Of a DNA stretch of 64,000 nt, positions 19,786 through 29,205 are shown one piece after another. The stretch covers positions 1 through 64,000 of the forward strand of contig CAVUWD010000012.1 in assembly GCA_963745025.1 (NCBI GenBank), read 5' to 3'. This DNA comes from an uncultured delta proteobacterium. GTDB lineage: Bacteria; Desulfobacterota; Binatia; JACPRU01. The first letter of the stretch is position 1, and each line of letters opens with the position of its first letter. Position numbers and translations under genes: made by a program. Under the pieces are notes generated by a model, which saw nothing but the letters and a program-made list of their open reading frames with translations, did not search any database and had not been told where the DNA came from.

Positions 19786-21543
19786 TTAGATTTGCGTCGA
19801 CCCGAGCAAATTGCCGCCGAGCCTTGGATGTCCGATCCGCTTGTCGCCAAACACGTTGACGAGCGAGGTCTTGCCCGAATGGAGCGCGCGCTCAAGCGCA
19901 GAGCGGATGTCGCCGGGCCGTTCGACGTGCTCGGTGTGGCAACCGAGCACCGAGAACATCTGGTCGTAGCGGATGTTCTCGATCATGTTGAACGGATCGG
20001 TCCTGCCCTTGAGGAGCGGCATCTCCTCGAAGCCGGGGCCCCAGGAGCTGTTGTTCCAGAGCACCGTGGCAATCGGCAGGCCATAACGGACCGCCGTCTC
20101 GATGTCGAAGCCGCCGATGCCGAGCCCACCGTCGCCGATGACCAGCACGACCTGCTTACCCGGGCGCGCGAGTTGTGCCCCGATCGCCATGCCAACACCG
20201 TGGCCGACCGGAGCGAGTGGACCGGCGTCGACGACCTGAGCCGGGAACCTGGAGCGAAACCACTGCGTCATCCAGCCGGAAAGCGTGAAGCTGTCGATCA
20301 CCACGGTCGCGTCGCGGTCGATCACCTCGCAGAGCTCGCGGCAGAGGCGATCCGGGTGAATCGGCGTTTGATCGTGCGTCTTCCGCTCCGTCTCGTCGAT
20401 CGTCCGTTCGTAGTTCGCCCGCACTTCCGCCGTCTCGCGTAGCCACTTCGAGTCCGCGTTTTTCTTCCATGACAGCCCGAGCCGTTTCGACGCCTCGATC
20501 AGCTGCCGGAGAACGAGCTTCGGATCGCCGACGATCGCGAGCTCCGCCGGCACGTGGAGCCCGATCCGGTTCGGCGTCGCATCGACCTGGATGTATCGCG
20601 CCTTGTCACTCCAGGTGGGCGGCTCGCCGAACTTCTCGCCGCTCCAGAATCGAAAGCCGATCGCCAGCACGACGTCGGCGCGGCCGGTGAATGGCTTCTT
20701 CCACACGCCGCGGATCGCGAGCGGATGATCCTCCGGGACCGCGCCCTGTCCGGTACGCCGCGCATAGGCGGGGATGCTCGTCAGCTCGGCGAACTCGCCG
20801 AGCTCCCGAGCGGCGCCAGACCAGAAGATGCCGTCGCCCGCCGCGATCAACGGCCGCTCGGCAGACTGCAAGAGTTCGAGCGCGCGCTCGATCTTCGCCG
20901 CATCCCCGGCCGACCGCAGGTCGTTCGGCGAGTACACCTTCGCGCCGCGCCGCTGCTCGCTCGCATCGTGGCTGTCGTAGAGAATGTTGGTCGGGATCTC
21001 GACGAGCGCCGGTCCCTGCGGCGGCGTCGTGGCCTCGCGGAACGCCTGACGCAGGTCGACTCCGATCGTCGACCAGTCGAGAACGCGTTTGGTGAATTTC
21101 GAGAACGTGCGGCAGATCTCCGAGCCGTACGCTTCCTGGAACGACCCGAGCTGATCCTCGGTCGTGGGATGCTGCCCGGCGATGCATACAACCGCACTGC
21201 CGGCGAGCCCGGCGCCGCAGAGCCCAGTCACGGCGTTGGTGAGCCCGCACCCCGCCGTCACGCTGCAGACGCCCGGGGCACCGCTGGTCCGCGCGTAGGC
21301 GTCGGCGGCATAGGCACATGCCTGCTCGTGACGCATGTGGATGAGCTTGATGCCGTGCTCGCGGAGGGTCGCGAGAATCGGAAAGGTATGACCGCCGTTG
21401 ATCGCGAACAGGTACTTGACGCCCTGCGACTCGAGGACGCGCGAGACCAGCTCGCCGCCGTCGACCCGCTTCGCCGTCTCTTGCTCGCGTGCCGAAGCCT
21501 CACCGTTATCCAACGATTGATTCGCTTTCTTACCCTTCGGCAT
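19786..21543 (-). CDS. Thiamine pyrophosphate-binding enzyme (acetolactate synthase / 2-hydroxyacyl-CoA lyase-like)
   Basis: MRHEQAC, TAGCGLTN, FQE and the TPP motif GDGG...NN. Confidence 0.9.
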   Translation of the reverse strand: MPKGKKANQSLDNGEASAREQETAKRVDGGELVSRVLESQGVKYLFAINGGHTFPILATLREHGIKLIHMRHEQACAYAADAYARTSGAPGVCSVTAGCGLTNAVTGLCGAGLAGSAVVCIAGQHPTTEDQLGSFQEAYGSEICRTFSKFTKRVLDWSTIGVDLRQAFREATTPPQGPALVEIPTNILYDSHDASEQRRGAKVYSPNDLRSAGDAAKIERALELLQSAERPLIAAGDGIFWSGAARELGEFAELTSIPAYARRTGQGAVPEDHPLAIRGVWKKPFTGRADVVLAIGFRFWSGEKFGEPPTWSDKARYIQVDATPNRIGLHVPAELAIVGDPKLVLRQLIEASKRLGLSWKKNADSKWLRETAEVRANYERTIDETERKTHDQTPIHPDRLCRELCEVIDRDATVVIDSFTLSGWMTQWFRSRFPAQVVDAGPLAPVGHGVGMAIGAQLARPGKQVVLVIGDGGLGIGGFDIETAVRYGLPIATVLWNNSSWGPGFEEMPLLKGRTDPFNMIENIRYDQMFSVLGCHTEHVERPGDIRSALERALHSGKTSLVNVFGDKRIGHPRLGGNLLGSTQI

Positions 21544-21647
21544 GATGGACTCCTTGGCTTAGGATAGGCTACGGGGTTAGAGGCTACCGGCAAAGAGAAG
21601 ATGAAGTCTTTACCCGTGACCTTTAGCCAGCAGCCCATTTTGGAGCG

Positions 21648-22451
21648 ATGCTCATGACCTACGATGAATATCAACATCTGAAATTCGATTTGAAGCCGAA
21701 TGGTGTTCTGCTCGCCACGCTGAATCGGCCCGACGTGCTGAATGCCACCAACGCACGCCTGCACTGGGAGCTCACGCAGATCTGGAAGACGGTGGACGAC
21801 GATCCCGCGGCGAAGGTGGTGCTCGTCACCGGCGCCGGCAAGGCCTTCTCGGCGGGCGGTGACCTCGACATGATCGAGCACATGGCCGGCAATCCCGCAG
21901 CGGTCGCGCAAGCCATGCGGGAGGCTGGCGACATCGTGTACAACATGATCAATCTCGACAAGCCCATCGTCTCGGCGATCAACGGCGTCGCCGTCGGCGC
22001 GGGGCTCGCGGTGGCGCTGATGGCCGACGTCAGCATCATGTCCGAGAGTGCTCGCATCACCGACGGGCATCTGCGGCTGGGCGTCGGCGCCGGCGATCAC
22101 GCGGCGATCATCTGGCCGCTTCTCTGCGGCATGGCCAAGGCGAAGTACTACTTGCTGACGGCGGAATTCATCGACGGCAAGGAGGCGGAACGGATCGGCC
22201 TCGTGAGCCTCTGCGCGCCCGCCGACAAGCTGATGGAGAAGGCGTGGGGGGTCGCCGACAAGCTCGCCGCGGGACCGCAGCAAGCGCAGCGTTGGACCAA
22301 GCGTGCGCTCAACAACTGGCTCCGCGTCGCCGGGCCGATCTTCGACACCTCGCTCGCCTTCGAGATGCTGAACTTCCTCGGCCCCGACGTGAAGGAAGGC
22401 ATCTCTGGCATCAAGGAGAAGCGGCCGCCGAAATTTCCGTCAGCCCTGTAG
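21648..22451 (+). CDS. Enoyl-CoA hydratase/isomerase family protein
   Basis: FSAGGD, AINGVAVGAG and DGHLRLGVGAGDH. Confidence 0.9.
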   Translation: MLMTYDEYQHLKFDLKPNGVLLATLNRPDVLNATNARLHWELTQIWKTVDDDPAAKVVLVTGAGKAFSAGGDLDMIEHMAGNPAAVAQAMREAGDIVYNMINLDKPIVSAINGVAVGAGLAVALMADVSIMSESARITDGHLRLGVGAGDHAAIIWPLLCGMAKAKYYLLTAEFIDGKEAERIGLVSLCAPADKLMEKAWGVADKLAAGPQQAQRWTKRALNNWLRVAGPIFDTSLAFEMLNFLGPDVKEGISGIKEKRPPKFPSAL

Positions 22452-22549
22452 CCGGTGCGGAGGCATCGGCAGGCGCCGCTCGTCGACGTTCACGAGATGA
22501 ATGGCCGCGACTCCACCCGCGACTCGAGTTCCGGGGTTCCTCGTCAGAT

Positions 22550-22945
22550 TTACATCCCACTACTCGAGCTCGGCGTAATCTTATAGAGCACGCGCACCTC
22601 GCCCGGCTGCCGGAACGGATACTTGTCTTTGCCGAGATACTTCTTCGCCATGCGGTCGATATGCGCGTCGGCCCCCTGTTCGGTGACTTCGCTGACGCGT
22701 CCGCGGACTTGTAGGTGGCGGTACGCGTTGTCGGGATCCATGATCGACAACGCGACGCTGGCGCCGACCTTCATGTTCCTGTCTTTCCGCCGGCCGCGGG
22801 CGCTGTTCACGACCACGCGCTCGCCGTCGTAGTCCACCCATACCGGCGTCACCTGGGGCGTTCCGTCAGGCATCACGGTCGCGAGGCTCGCGAAGGCCTT
22901 CTTCTGGAAGAGATCGAGAAACTGGGAAGGAATGGGTTCTGTCAT
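22550..22945 (-). CDS. PPOX-class F420-dependent oxidoreductase (split beta-barrel)
   Basis: LATVMPDGTPQVTPVW, GRRKDRN and IDRMAKKYLG. Confidence 0.88.
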   Translation of the reverse strand: MTEPIPSQFLDLFQKKAFASLATVMPDGTPQVTPVWVDYDGERVVVNSARGRRKDRNMKVGASVALSIMDPDNAYRHLQVRGRVSEVTEQGADAHIDRMAKKYLGKDKYPFRQPGEVRVLYKITPSSSSGM

Positions 22946-22993
22946 TTGGGCCCTCCTCGAAAGGCTCCGCGCATTCTGCCAGAACCACCGACG

Positions 22994-23788
22994 ATGGAAA
23001 ACCCCGAAACGTACTATCGCGATCACTGGCTGACGATCGAGCCGGAGCGCTTCGAAGCCTACGACCAGATGTTTCGCTGGCGACCGCAGATGGACGCGTT
23101 GCTCGCGCCCGCAGACGTCGCGAGCGGACAGACGGTTCTCGATTATGGCTGCGGGCCGGGCTGGATGGCGATTGAGCTCGCCCGGCGCGTGGGACCGCAA
23201 GGGCACGTCCACGCCGTAGACGTGAACGCTGCCTTCCTGGCGCGGGCGGAGGAGCATGCGGCGGCCGAGGGAGTGCGCGAGCGGGTGAGTTTTCATCGCC
23301 TGACGGACGATCGGATCCCCATCGACGACGCGAGCCTCGATCGCGCGATCTCCAAGAACGTGTTCGAGTACCTGAACGACCTCCACGCGACGCTCGTCGA
23401 GCTCCGGCGCACGCTCCGCCCCGGCGGCCGGCTTCACGTGATCGACAGCGACTGGGGCATGCTCGCGGTCGAGCCACTCGGCGAGAAGTCGATCGCGGAG
23501 CTGTTCGCGGCCGCGAGCCTCGCGTACAAGACGCCGCTCATCGGCCGCAAGCTCTACGGGGCTCTGCGTGCCGCCGGCTTCCGCGACGTGCGGATTCAGA
23601 TCCTCGCCAGCGCCGACACCAGCGGCCACTTCGCGCCGATCGTGTTCAACATGGCGAACTATGCGCGTGTCTCGGGGCGCATGGATCAAGCCAAGATCGA
23701 CCGCCTGCTCGAGGAGCTCAAGGCGTCGATCGAGGGCGGTACCTACCTGCTGGTCTTACCGCAGTTCCTAGTGACGGGGACCGCTTGA
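22994..23788 (+). CDS. Class I SAM-dependent methyltransferase
   Basis: VLDYGCGPG, AVDVN and LRPGGRL...DSDW. Confidence 0.88.
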   Translation: MENPETYYRDHWLTIEPERFEAYDQMFRWRPQMDALLAPADVASGQTVLDYGCGPGWMAIELARRVGPQGHVHAVDVNAAFLARAEEHAAAEGVRERVSFHRLTDDRIPIDDASLDRAISKNVFEYLNDLHATLVELRRTLRPGGRLHVIDSDWGMLAVEPLGEKSIAELFAAASLAYKTPLIGRKLYGALRAAGFRDVRIQILASADTSGHFAPIVFNMANYARVSGRMDQAKIDRLLEELKASIEGGTYLLVLPQFLVTGTA

Positions 23789-24078
23789 AGTCGGCAGACC
23801 TCCAAGCGGGCGGATCTGGAGCCGCGACACTCGCTTGAGAAGGTCCGCAACCTGGCATCGACAGGCGGCCAGAATAAGTAACGCAAAAGCGCATTCGGTG
23901 CTGGAAAAAGGGGAACGGAATGCTCCCAGGTCCCGCAAATTCTAGTTAGCATCAATGCAGCGCACGGGCTACGCCTGCATACAAAATGATGCGCTGGCGG
24001 TAAACGCTTCCCGCGTCGATTTTCGTTAACATTCTGAAATCGCTGTGGGGAAATCGTGATCCCTGCCAGTCGGTCGCC

Positions 24079-24094
24079 TGGCACCAACCCTGCT
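24079..24094 (+). promoter_or_regulatory. Sigma-54-type -24/-12 motif
   Basis: TGGCACCAACCCTGCT in an AT-richer intergenic region. Confidence 0.65.
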
Positions 24095-24192
24095 TTCCTG
24101 CCCTCAAGGTATCAGAGGTGGAGGGTAAAGTTGTGATCCCGACCGTCGATCATTCCATAAACCGTGACGCTCATCCAAGAGGTGTGACCCAG

Positions 24193-24645
24193 ATGCCAGC
24201 CATCGCCGAAAACATGCTCCGCGAGGAAACCGTCAGTAGTTTATTCGGCCCAGAGGTGATCCTGCCGTCCCAGTTCAGTGAACAGCGGGGCTTCAAGCAA
24301 ACCGACCGAGGTGAGAAGCGGCTCATGCTCGCGGTGCTCGAGGAAGCGGTGGCGACGTTTCAGCGCCACGTCGATGCAAAGAACCGACACGGCCAGCGCG
24401 TATTCCGCGAGGCCCAGGAGTGGCTTTGGTCGGACGAAACGGCCTGGCCATTCACCTTCGAAAACGTCTGTCACGCGCTCGAGATCGAGCCGGAATTCCT
24501 GCGCCGTGGGCTCGAGCGATGGAAAGAGGCGCATCTCAAAGCGGCGAGCGGTGGCGCGCGCGTGTACCGGTTCCCGTTCCGCCGCGTCAACGGCAGACGG
24601 TCCTCGGTCTCACTACGCTCTCACGGAATTCGCGCGGCGGGCTGA
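24193..24645 (+). CDS. Hypothetical protein (150 aa)
   Basis: GAGGTG RBS, typical codon usage, protein-like sequence (RLMLAVLEEA, WPFTFENVC); function unknown. Confidence 0.7.
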   Translation: MPAIAENMLREETVSSLFGPEVILPSQFSEQRGFKQTDRGEKRLMLAVLEEAVATFQRHVDAKNRHGQRVFREAQEWLWSDETAWPFTFENVCHALEIEPEFLRRGLERWKEAHLKAASGGARVYRFPFRRVNGRRSSVSLRSHGIRAAG

Positions 24646-24710
24646 AACCCGAAGCGAGTGTCGGCGAATGGCGTTCGCATTCGGCCGGCGAATCTTGTAA
24701 GGTGCCCGCC

Positions 24711-24884
24711 GTGGGAGTGGTGACGCGCAACAAGGAGATCCGTCAGCGCCGCACGCGGCAAGCGAAGCGGCGGAAGAAGCGTCTGCGCGATCTCAAGCAA
24801 GCGCTACAGAGAGGGCGCACGCGCCCAGATCGCGTGCGGATCGCACAAGAATTTCGCGACAAGCCCGCACGCCAGACCGCTTAG
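24711..24884 (+). CDS. Small basic protein (DUF6800-like)
   Basis: MGVVTRNKEIRQRRTRQAKRRKKRLR; 57 aa, Arg/Lys rich. Confidence 0.5.
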   Translation: MGVVTRNKEIRQRRTRQAKRRKKRLRDLKQALQRGRTRPDRVRIAQEFRDKPARQTA

Positions 24885-24915
24885 CCGTGGGCGAGGCCTC
24901 GTCCGCACCCGATAG

Positions 24916-25257
24916 CGGCTGCTCGAGTACTCGTGGCCCGGGAACGTCCGCGAACTTCAGAACGTGATCGAGCACGCGGGCATCCTCTCCGAAGGCGAGA
25001 AGCCACACGTCGAGGAGCAGGAACTCGGCGAAAAGCACGAGACCGCATCGAGCGCACCCAGTATTCCGCGCGCGCTCCGCGATCGGACCCTGATCGAGAC
25101 CGTGCTCGCCGCATCGCACGGATGTGTGTCCAGTCCTCGGGGAGCGGCAGCCAAGCTCGGCATTCCGGCGATCACACTCGAGTCGAAGAGCAGGCGTTTC
25201 GGCATCGACAAGGACACGTTCCGCGCGACGCACGTATCGGTTCACGACGCTGCGTAA
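24916..25257 (+). pseudogene. C-terminal remnant of a sigma-54-dependent (FhlA/NtrC-like) activator
   Basis: LLEYSWPGNVRELQNVIEHA and Fis-HTH GAAAKLGIP..TLESK. Preceded by an in-frame TAG at 24913; no Walker A or GAFTGA. Confidence 0.8.
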
Positions 25258-25348
25258 ATTCGATCGTGAATTTGCGGTTTTTCGTCAGCTTTCTCTGCGG
25301 AAAGTTACTGTAAGAACGTTGGATTCGATGCGGTAGGTTCGCTTCTTC

Positions 25349-25620
25349 GTGCTGCGGATCAGGATCTACAAACGAGAACGAAGCGAAGTGGGGCTTTGTC
25401 TCGCCGGTAACGTCTCCGCTGCTGACATCCCCCGAGGTCGCCCGTTTGATCGAAGAGGCGCGTGGTTCGGGCGTAGCCATCGGGATCCACCTCTCGGCGG
25501 TGAGGATCATCGCTCGCGTCGCAGTGCAGTTTCCGGTGAAACCGGACGGCCAGGAGGCGGAGGTCACCGGCTGCCCGAGGTACGTGCGCGAGTGATGCTC
25601 TACGAATCACGGCGAGGAGG
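25349..25620 (+). pseudogene. Degenerate STAS-like small protein
   Basis: MLRI...LAGNV..ADIP, a frameshift at a C run, then EVARLIEEA...IHLSAV...AVQF...GCPRYVRE followed by TGA. Confidence 0.45.
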
Positions 25621-25628
25621 CACCAGAC

Positions 25629-26945
25629 GTGAAGCGCCCTGAGCTGCTCTTCCTCGCAGCCGCCGTGCTTGGCGCACGAACGTCACGCGCCGAGTCGATC
25701 GACCTGTCGCTCGACGACGCGGTCGCACGTGCGCTCTCCGAGGGCACGGCCGCTCGCATCGCCGCCGAGAGGGTCGAGGGAGCGAGGGCGGTCGTGGACA
25801 TCAGCCGCGCCACGCTTCTTCCGAAGCTCGAGACCTCTCTCGCCGGCTCCGATCAAATTCTCAATCTGAAGACCTTCGGGATCTCTCCCCCCGGCACCTC
25901 GCCTCTCGTGGGACCGTTCACGGTCGTCGACGGACGGATCTCGGCGGCTGCCAAGCTCATCGACGTGGCGGCGATGCGCCGTTACCAGGCGGCGCGCCAG
26001 GGCGTGACGGTGAGCAAGAGCGAGCGGCGCGCCACCGAGAACGACGTCGCCGCCGCGGTCGCCACGGTCTACGTCGCCATGCAACGGGCGCAGGCCAAGG
26101 TCGAGCAAGCCGAGGTCAACGTGCAGCTCTTCGAGAAGCTGCGCGACCTCGCCAAAGACCAGGAAAAAGCCGGCGTCGCCATCAAGCTCGACACCATGCG
26201 CGCCGACGTGCAGCTCACACGCGAGCGTCAAGCGCTACTAGTCGCACACAACGATCTGGACGCTTCGCGGCTCGCGCTGCTTCACGCGATCGGCGCCGAT
26301 CTCGGGGCCGAGGTACGGCTCACCGACCCTCTCGTGGAACGGACGAGCGGCTTTGCCAGCACCGAAGACGCGCTGTCGCTCGCTCAAGCGGAGCGACCGG
26401 AGCTGCGGGCATCCGAGGAGCGCATTCGGGCTGCCAAGCTGCGGCTCGCCGCTGCTCGCGCGGAGCGCTGGCCGACGATTGGCGTGGAAGCCTTCGCGAG
26501 CGAGAACGGCAATGGGCTGAGCGACCTCGATACGACCTATACGGCCGGTGGAACGCTGACGCTGCCGATCTTCACCGGCGGGCGAATCGAGGGGGAGATC
26601 TCCGCGGCGCGAGCAGAGGAGCGCGCGCTCGACCTCGAGAAGCTCGAGCTCGAGCGCCAGATCGCCGAGGACGTTCGGCGGGCGCTGCTCACCTACCAGA
26701 GCGCGAAGAGCCGCGTGCGGCTCGCCAGTGACAACGCAGATCTCGCTTCCGCGCAGCTCGAAGTGACGCGTGACCGCTTCGCCAACGGCCTCTCTACGTC
26801 GATCGAGGTCGACAACGCGCAGACGTCGCTCTCCGCGGCGCAAAATGCACGCATCGACGCGCTCGCAGACGAGTCGCAGGCCGACGTCGATCTACGCAAG
26901 GCGACGGGAAAGATCCGGGACCTCGTCCCGGGGGGAAGACCATGA
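25629..26945 (+). CDS. TolC-family outer membrane efflux protein
   Basis: GAGGAGG RBS, signal peptide, LSLDDAV, LTLPIFTGG and RFANGL repeats. Confidence 0.88.
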   Translation: MKRPELLFLAAAVLGARTSRAESIDLSLDDAVARALSEGTAARIAAERVEGARAVVDISRATLLPKLETSLAGSDQILNLKTFGISPPGTSPLVGPFTVVDGRISAAAKLIDVAAMRRYQAARQGVTVSKSERRATENDVAAAVATVYVAMQRAQAKVEQAEVNVQLFEKLRDLAKDQEKAGVAIKLDTMRADVQLTRERQALLVAHNDLDASRLALLHAIGADLGAEVRLTDPLVERTSGFASTEDALSLAQAERPELRASEERIRAAKLRLAAARAERWPTIGVEAFASENGNGLSDLDTTYTAGGTLTLPIFTGGRIEGEISAARAEERALDLEKLELERQIAEDVRRALLTYQSAKSRVRLASDNADLASAQLEVTRDRFANGLSTSIEVDNAQTSLSAAQNARIDALADESQADVDLRKATGKIRDLVPGGRP

Positions 26946-27141
26946 AGAGCGAACGTCCGATCAAGAAGCCCGGCCCGCGACGCAGCGTCGAGGAGGCGCC
27001 GAGCTCGCGCAGCGACGCGCGAATCATCTCCGCGGCGCGATCGAGATCGGCCGGATTGGGATTCAAATCCTGGTTCGCGGGGTCCAGATAGATCGAAGCC
27101 ATTGCTCACCTCCGCGAATCGGCTGTAAGCGTCCTTTCCGA

Positions 27142-27597
27142 ATGATCGCCTGCGTGCAACGCTGTTCGCGCGCCGCCGTGCGGGTCGAGGATCAAGTCTC
27201 GGGATCGATCGGCCGAGGAGTGCTCCTGCTCGTCGGGCTCGAGAAGGGGGACGACGGCGCAGGGGCGGAGAGGCTCGCGGAGCGGCTTCTCGCCCTGCGC
27301 ATCTTCGAAGACGAGTCTGGAAAGATGAATCGCTCGGTTTGCGACGTCGGCGGAGAGATCCTGGTGGTCTCGCAGTTCACGCTCACCGCCTCCCTCGATC
27401 GTGGGCGGCGACCCTCCTTCGATCGCGCCGCACCGCCGCAGGAGGCACGCGCACTCTACGAACGGATGGTCGGGCGACTGCGCGCGTCGGGCCTTCGCAT
27501 CGCGACCGGATCGTTCGGTGCACGGATGGCCGTGGAGCTGGTGAACGACGGCCCCGCGACGTTCCTGCTCGAAGAACGCTCGGCCCTCGGGCGCTAG
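27142..27597 (+). CDS. dtd: D-aminoacyl-tRNA deacylase
   Basis: VQRCSRA, LRIF, SQFTL, GRRPSF and NDGP. Confidence 0.95.
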   Translation: MIACVQRCSRAAVRVEDQVSGSIGRGVLLLVGLEKGDDGAGAERLAERLLALRIFEDESGKMNRSVCDVGGEILVVSQFTLTASLDRGRRPSFDRAAPPQEARALYERMVGRLRASGLRIATGSFGARMAVELVNDGPATFLLEERSALGR

Positions 27598-27944
27598 AGC
27601 TGCGCGGGGGCGGCGGTACACTCGCCTTCGTCGTCCGCCGGCGACCCGTACATGTACTCGGCCGGCACGCACAGCGCATGCATCGCCTCTGTGACCAGCG
27701 GCTCTTCGAGCACGTCCTTCTTGCTCGCGGTCTGCTGGGCCATGGAGATTGCATCCACTGCCTTTTGCGCTTTCGCGCGCTCGCAGTCCGTCGCGCTGTC
27801 GTGGGCCGACACCTGATTCCAATCGCCGACTTTCGCCGACGAATCGAGCCGGTATCCGCCGGGCGCCTTGGCGTCCTTGACGAGGGGCGGTGACATCAAG
27901 AGCCATCCGGCGACGATGAGCGCGCCGCTCGCTTGTATGCGCAT
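27594..27944 (-). CDS. Hypothetical exported protein
   Basis: Hydrophobic N-terminus, GWLLMSPP, and Cys residues (DCE, LCVP). Confidence 0.6.
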   Translation of the reverse strand: MRIQASGALIVAGWLLMSPPLVKDAKAPGGYRLDSSAKVGDWNQVSAHDSATDCERAKAQKAVDAISMAQQTASKKDVLEEPLVTEAMHALCVPAEYMYGSPADDEGECTAAPAQL

Positions 27945-28033
27945 CGCTCGCTTCTGTAGACGATGGGGCGCCACCGGTCAATTTCGGAAGCTGCGGCTGG
28001 CCCGATCGCTCTGCGCTCGGTAGGATCGATCGA

Positions 28034-28267
28034 ATGATCGGCCGGGAAGTGCTGTTCGAGGAGCAAGCGTCGCCGAACTACCGGCTGCGCGAAATTCGGC
28101 ATCGACGCACCGGGCAAGTGAGCTGGGAGGTTGCAGAGGCGGGCTCGGGGATGACCGTCGCGGGGGGCTTTGCGGATCGCCAAGAAGCATTGCGGGTCGT
28201 GCGCGCGTGGGAGCGTCTGAGCCAGAAGCTCGAGGGTGGGCTGGCAGGACACGTCCTCGTTCACTGA
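28034..28267 (+). CDS. Hypothetical protein (77 aa)
   Basis: AGGA RBS; ends 7 nt before the protease start. Confidence 0.55.
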   Translation: MIGREVLFEEQASPNYRLREIRHRRTGQVSWEVAEAGSGMTVAGGFADRQEALRVVRAWERLSQKLEGGLAGHVLVH

Positions 28268-28274
28268 GTCGAAG

Positions 28275-29087
28275 ATGCAGCGAAGTGCGAGAGCGCTCGC
28301 GAAGTTGATCGCGGTCGCGGTCGCTTCGGCCGTTCTCGGCGGCGCCGCAGGAGGGATGTACGCGTCGCGAACTCGCCTGCCCGCCCGAGAACCGGCGAGC
28401 GCCGCCACCGTGAAGGCGCTCACTTCGCGAGACATCGCGCTGCGCAGCTTCGCCTCCGTGGTTCTCGTGGCTACCCAGGACACGAAGGGTCGGCCGATGT
28501 CGTTCGGCAGCGGATTCGTCGTTCAGAAGGGCGTCGTGCTCACGAACCTCCACGTTCTCAAAGGCTGCACCGCGGGGGCTGTACGTCTGGTCGGCGACAA
28601 GGACTCCGCCAGGATCGCAGGCGTGGTGGCCTCGGATGCAGCCCTGGACCTCGCGCTGCTTTCCGTACCTACCCTCGAAGCGGCGCCGCTCCCTCTCGGT
28701 GACAGCAGCGCGGCCTCGATCGGCGACAGGATCTTCGTGGTCGGCAATCCCCAAAATCTCGAGGGGACGTTCTCCGAGGGCATCATCAGCGGGAAGCGCA
28801 AGCTCGATGACATTCGACTGCTGCAGATCACCGCGCCGATTTCCGGGGGGAGCAGCGGAGGACCGGTGCTCGACGGCAACGCGCGTGTCATCGGCGTGGC
28901 GACCTCCTCCTTGAGGACCGGGCAGAACCTGAACTTCGCGATCACGACGGAGTACGTGGCGAAGCTGATGCAGACGATCGGCGAGGTGCGGGAGCTCGCC
29001 AAAGTCGCGCCCGCGGACCGGCCCGTGCAGAAAGCCAAAGCCGAGGGATTCTTTCAGCGCTTGGGCCGCCTGCTTCACCTTCGCTGA
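28275..29087 (+). CDS. Trypsin-like serine protease (S1C, no PDZ domain)
   Basis: GSGF; catalytic triad in TNLHV, DLALL and GSSGGP. Confidence 0.9.
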   Translation: MQRSARALAKLIAVAVASAVLGGAAGGMYASRTRLPAREPASAATVKALTSRDIALRSFASVVLVATQDTKGRPMSFGSGFVVQKGVVLTNLHVLKGCTAGAVRLVGDKDSARIAGVVASDAALDLALLSVPTLEAAPLPLGDSSAASIGDRIFVVGNPQNLEGTFSEGIISGKRKLDDIRLLQITAPISGGSSGGPVLDGNARVIGVATSSLRTGQNLNFAITTEYVAKLMQTIGEVRELAKVAPADRPVQKAKAEGFFQRLGRLLHLR

Positions 29088-29152
29088 CGCAACGCGGCGC
29101 GCAACCTCCGAGCAGCCTCACGGGTTAGCCGGGACGGCGTCGTAGAGGGCTG

Positions 29153-29197
29153 CGGGCTACGGGAAGTAAGCGCGAGGTTCCTTCTTCCCGTAGCCCG
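29153..29197. repeat. 14-bp inverted repeat between convergent genes (REP-like or bidirectional terminator)
   Basis: CGGGCTACGGGAAG ... CTTCCCGTAGCCCG. Confidence 0.7.
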
Positions 29198-29205
29198 TCG
29201 TCTCT

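Noticed and set aside
25593-25595. TGA in the STAS-like remnant as a possible Sec codon
   Set aside because: The context suggests a Trp position, there is no CCGTCGG hairpin, and the gene is also frameshifted.
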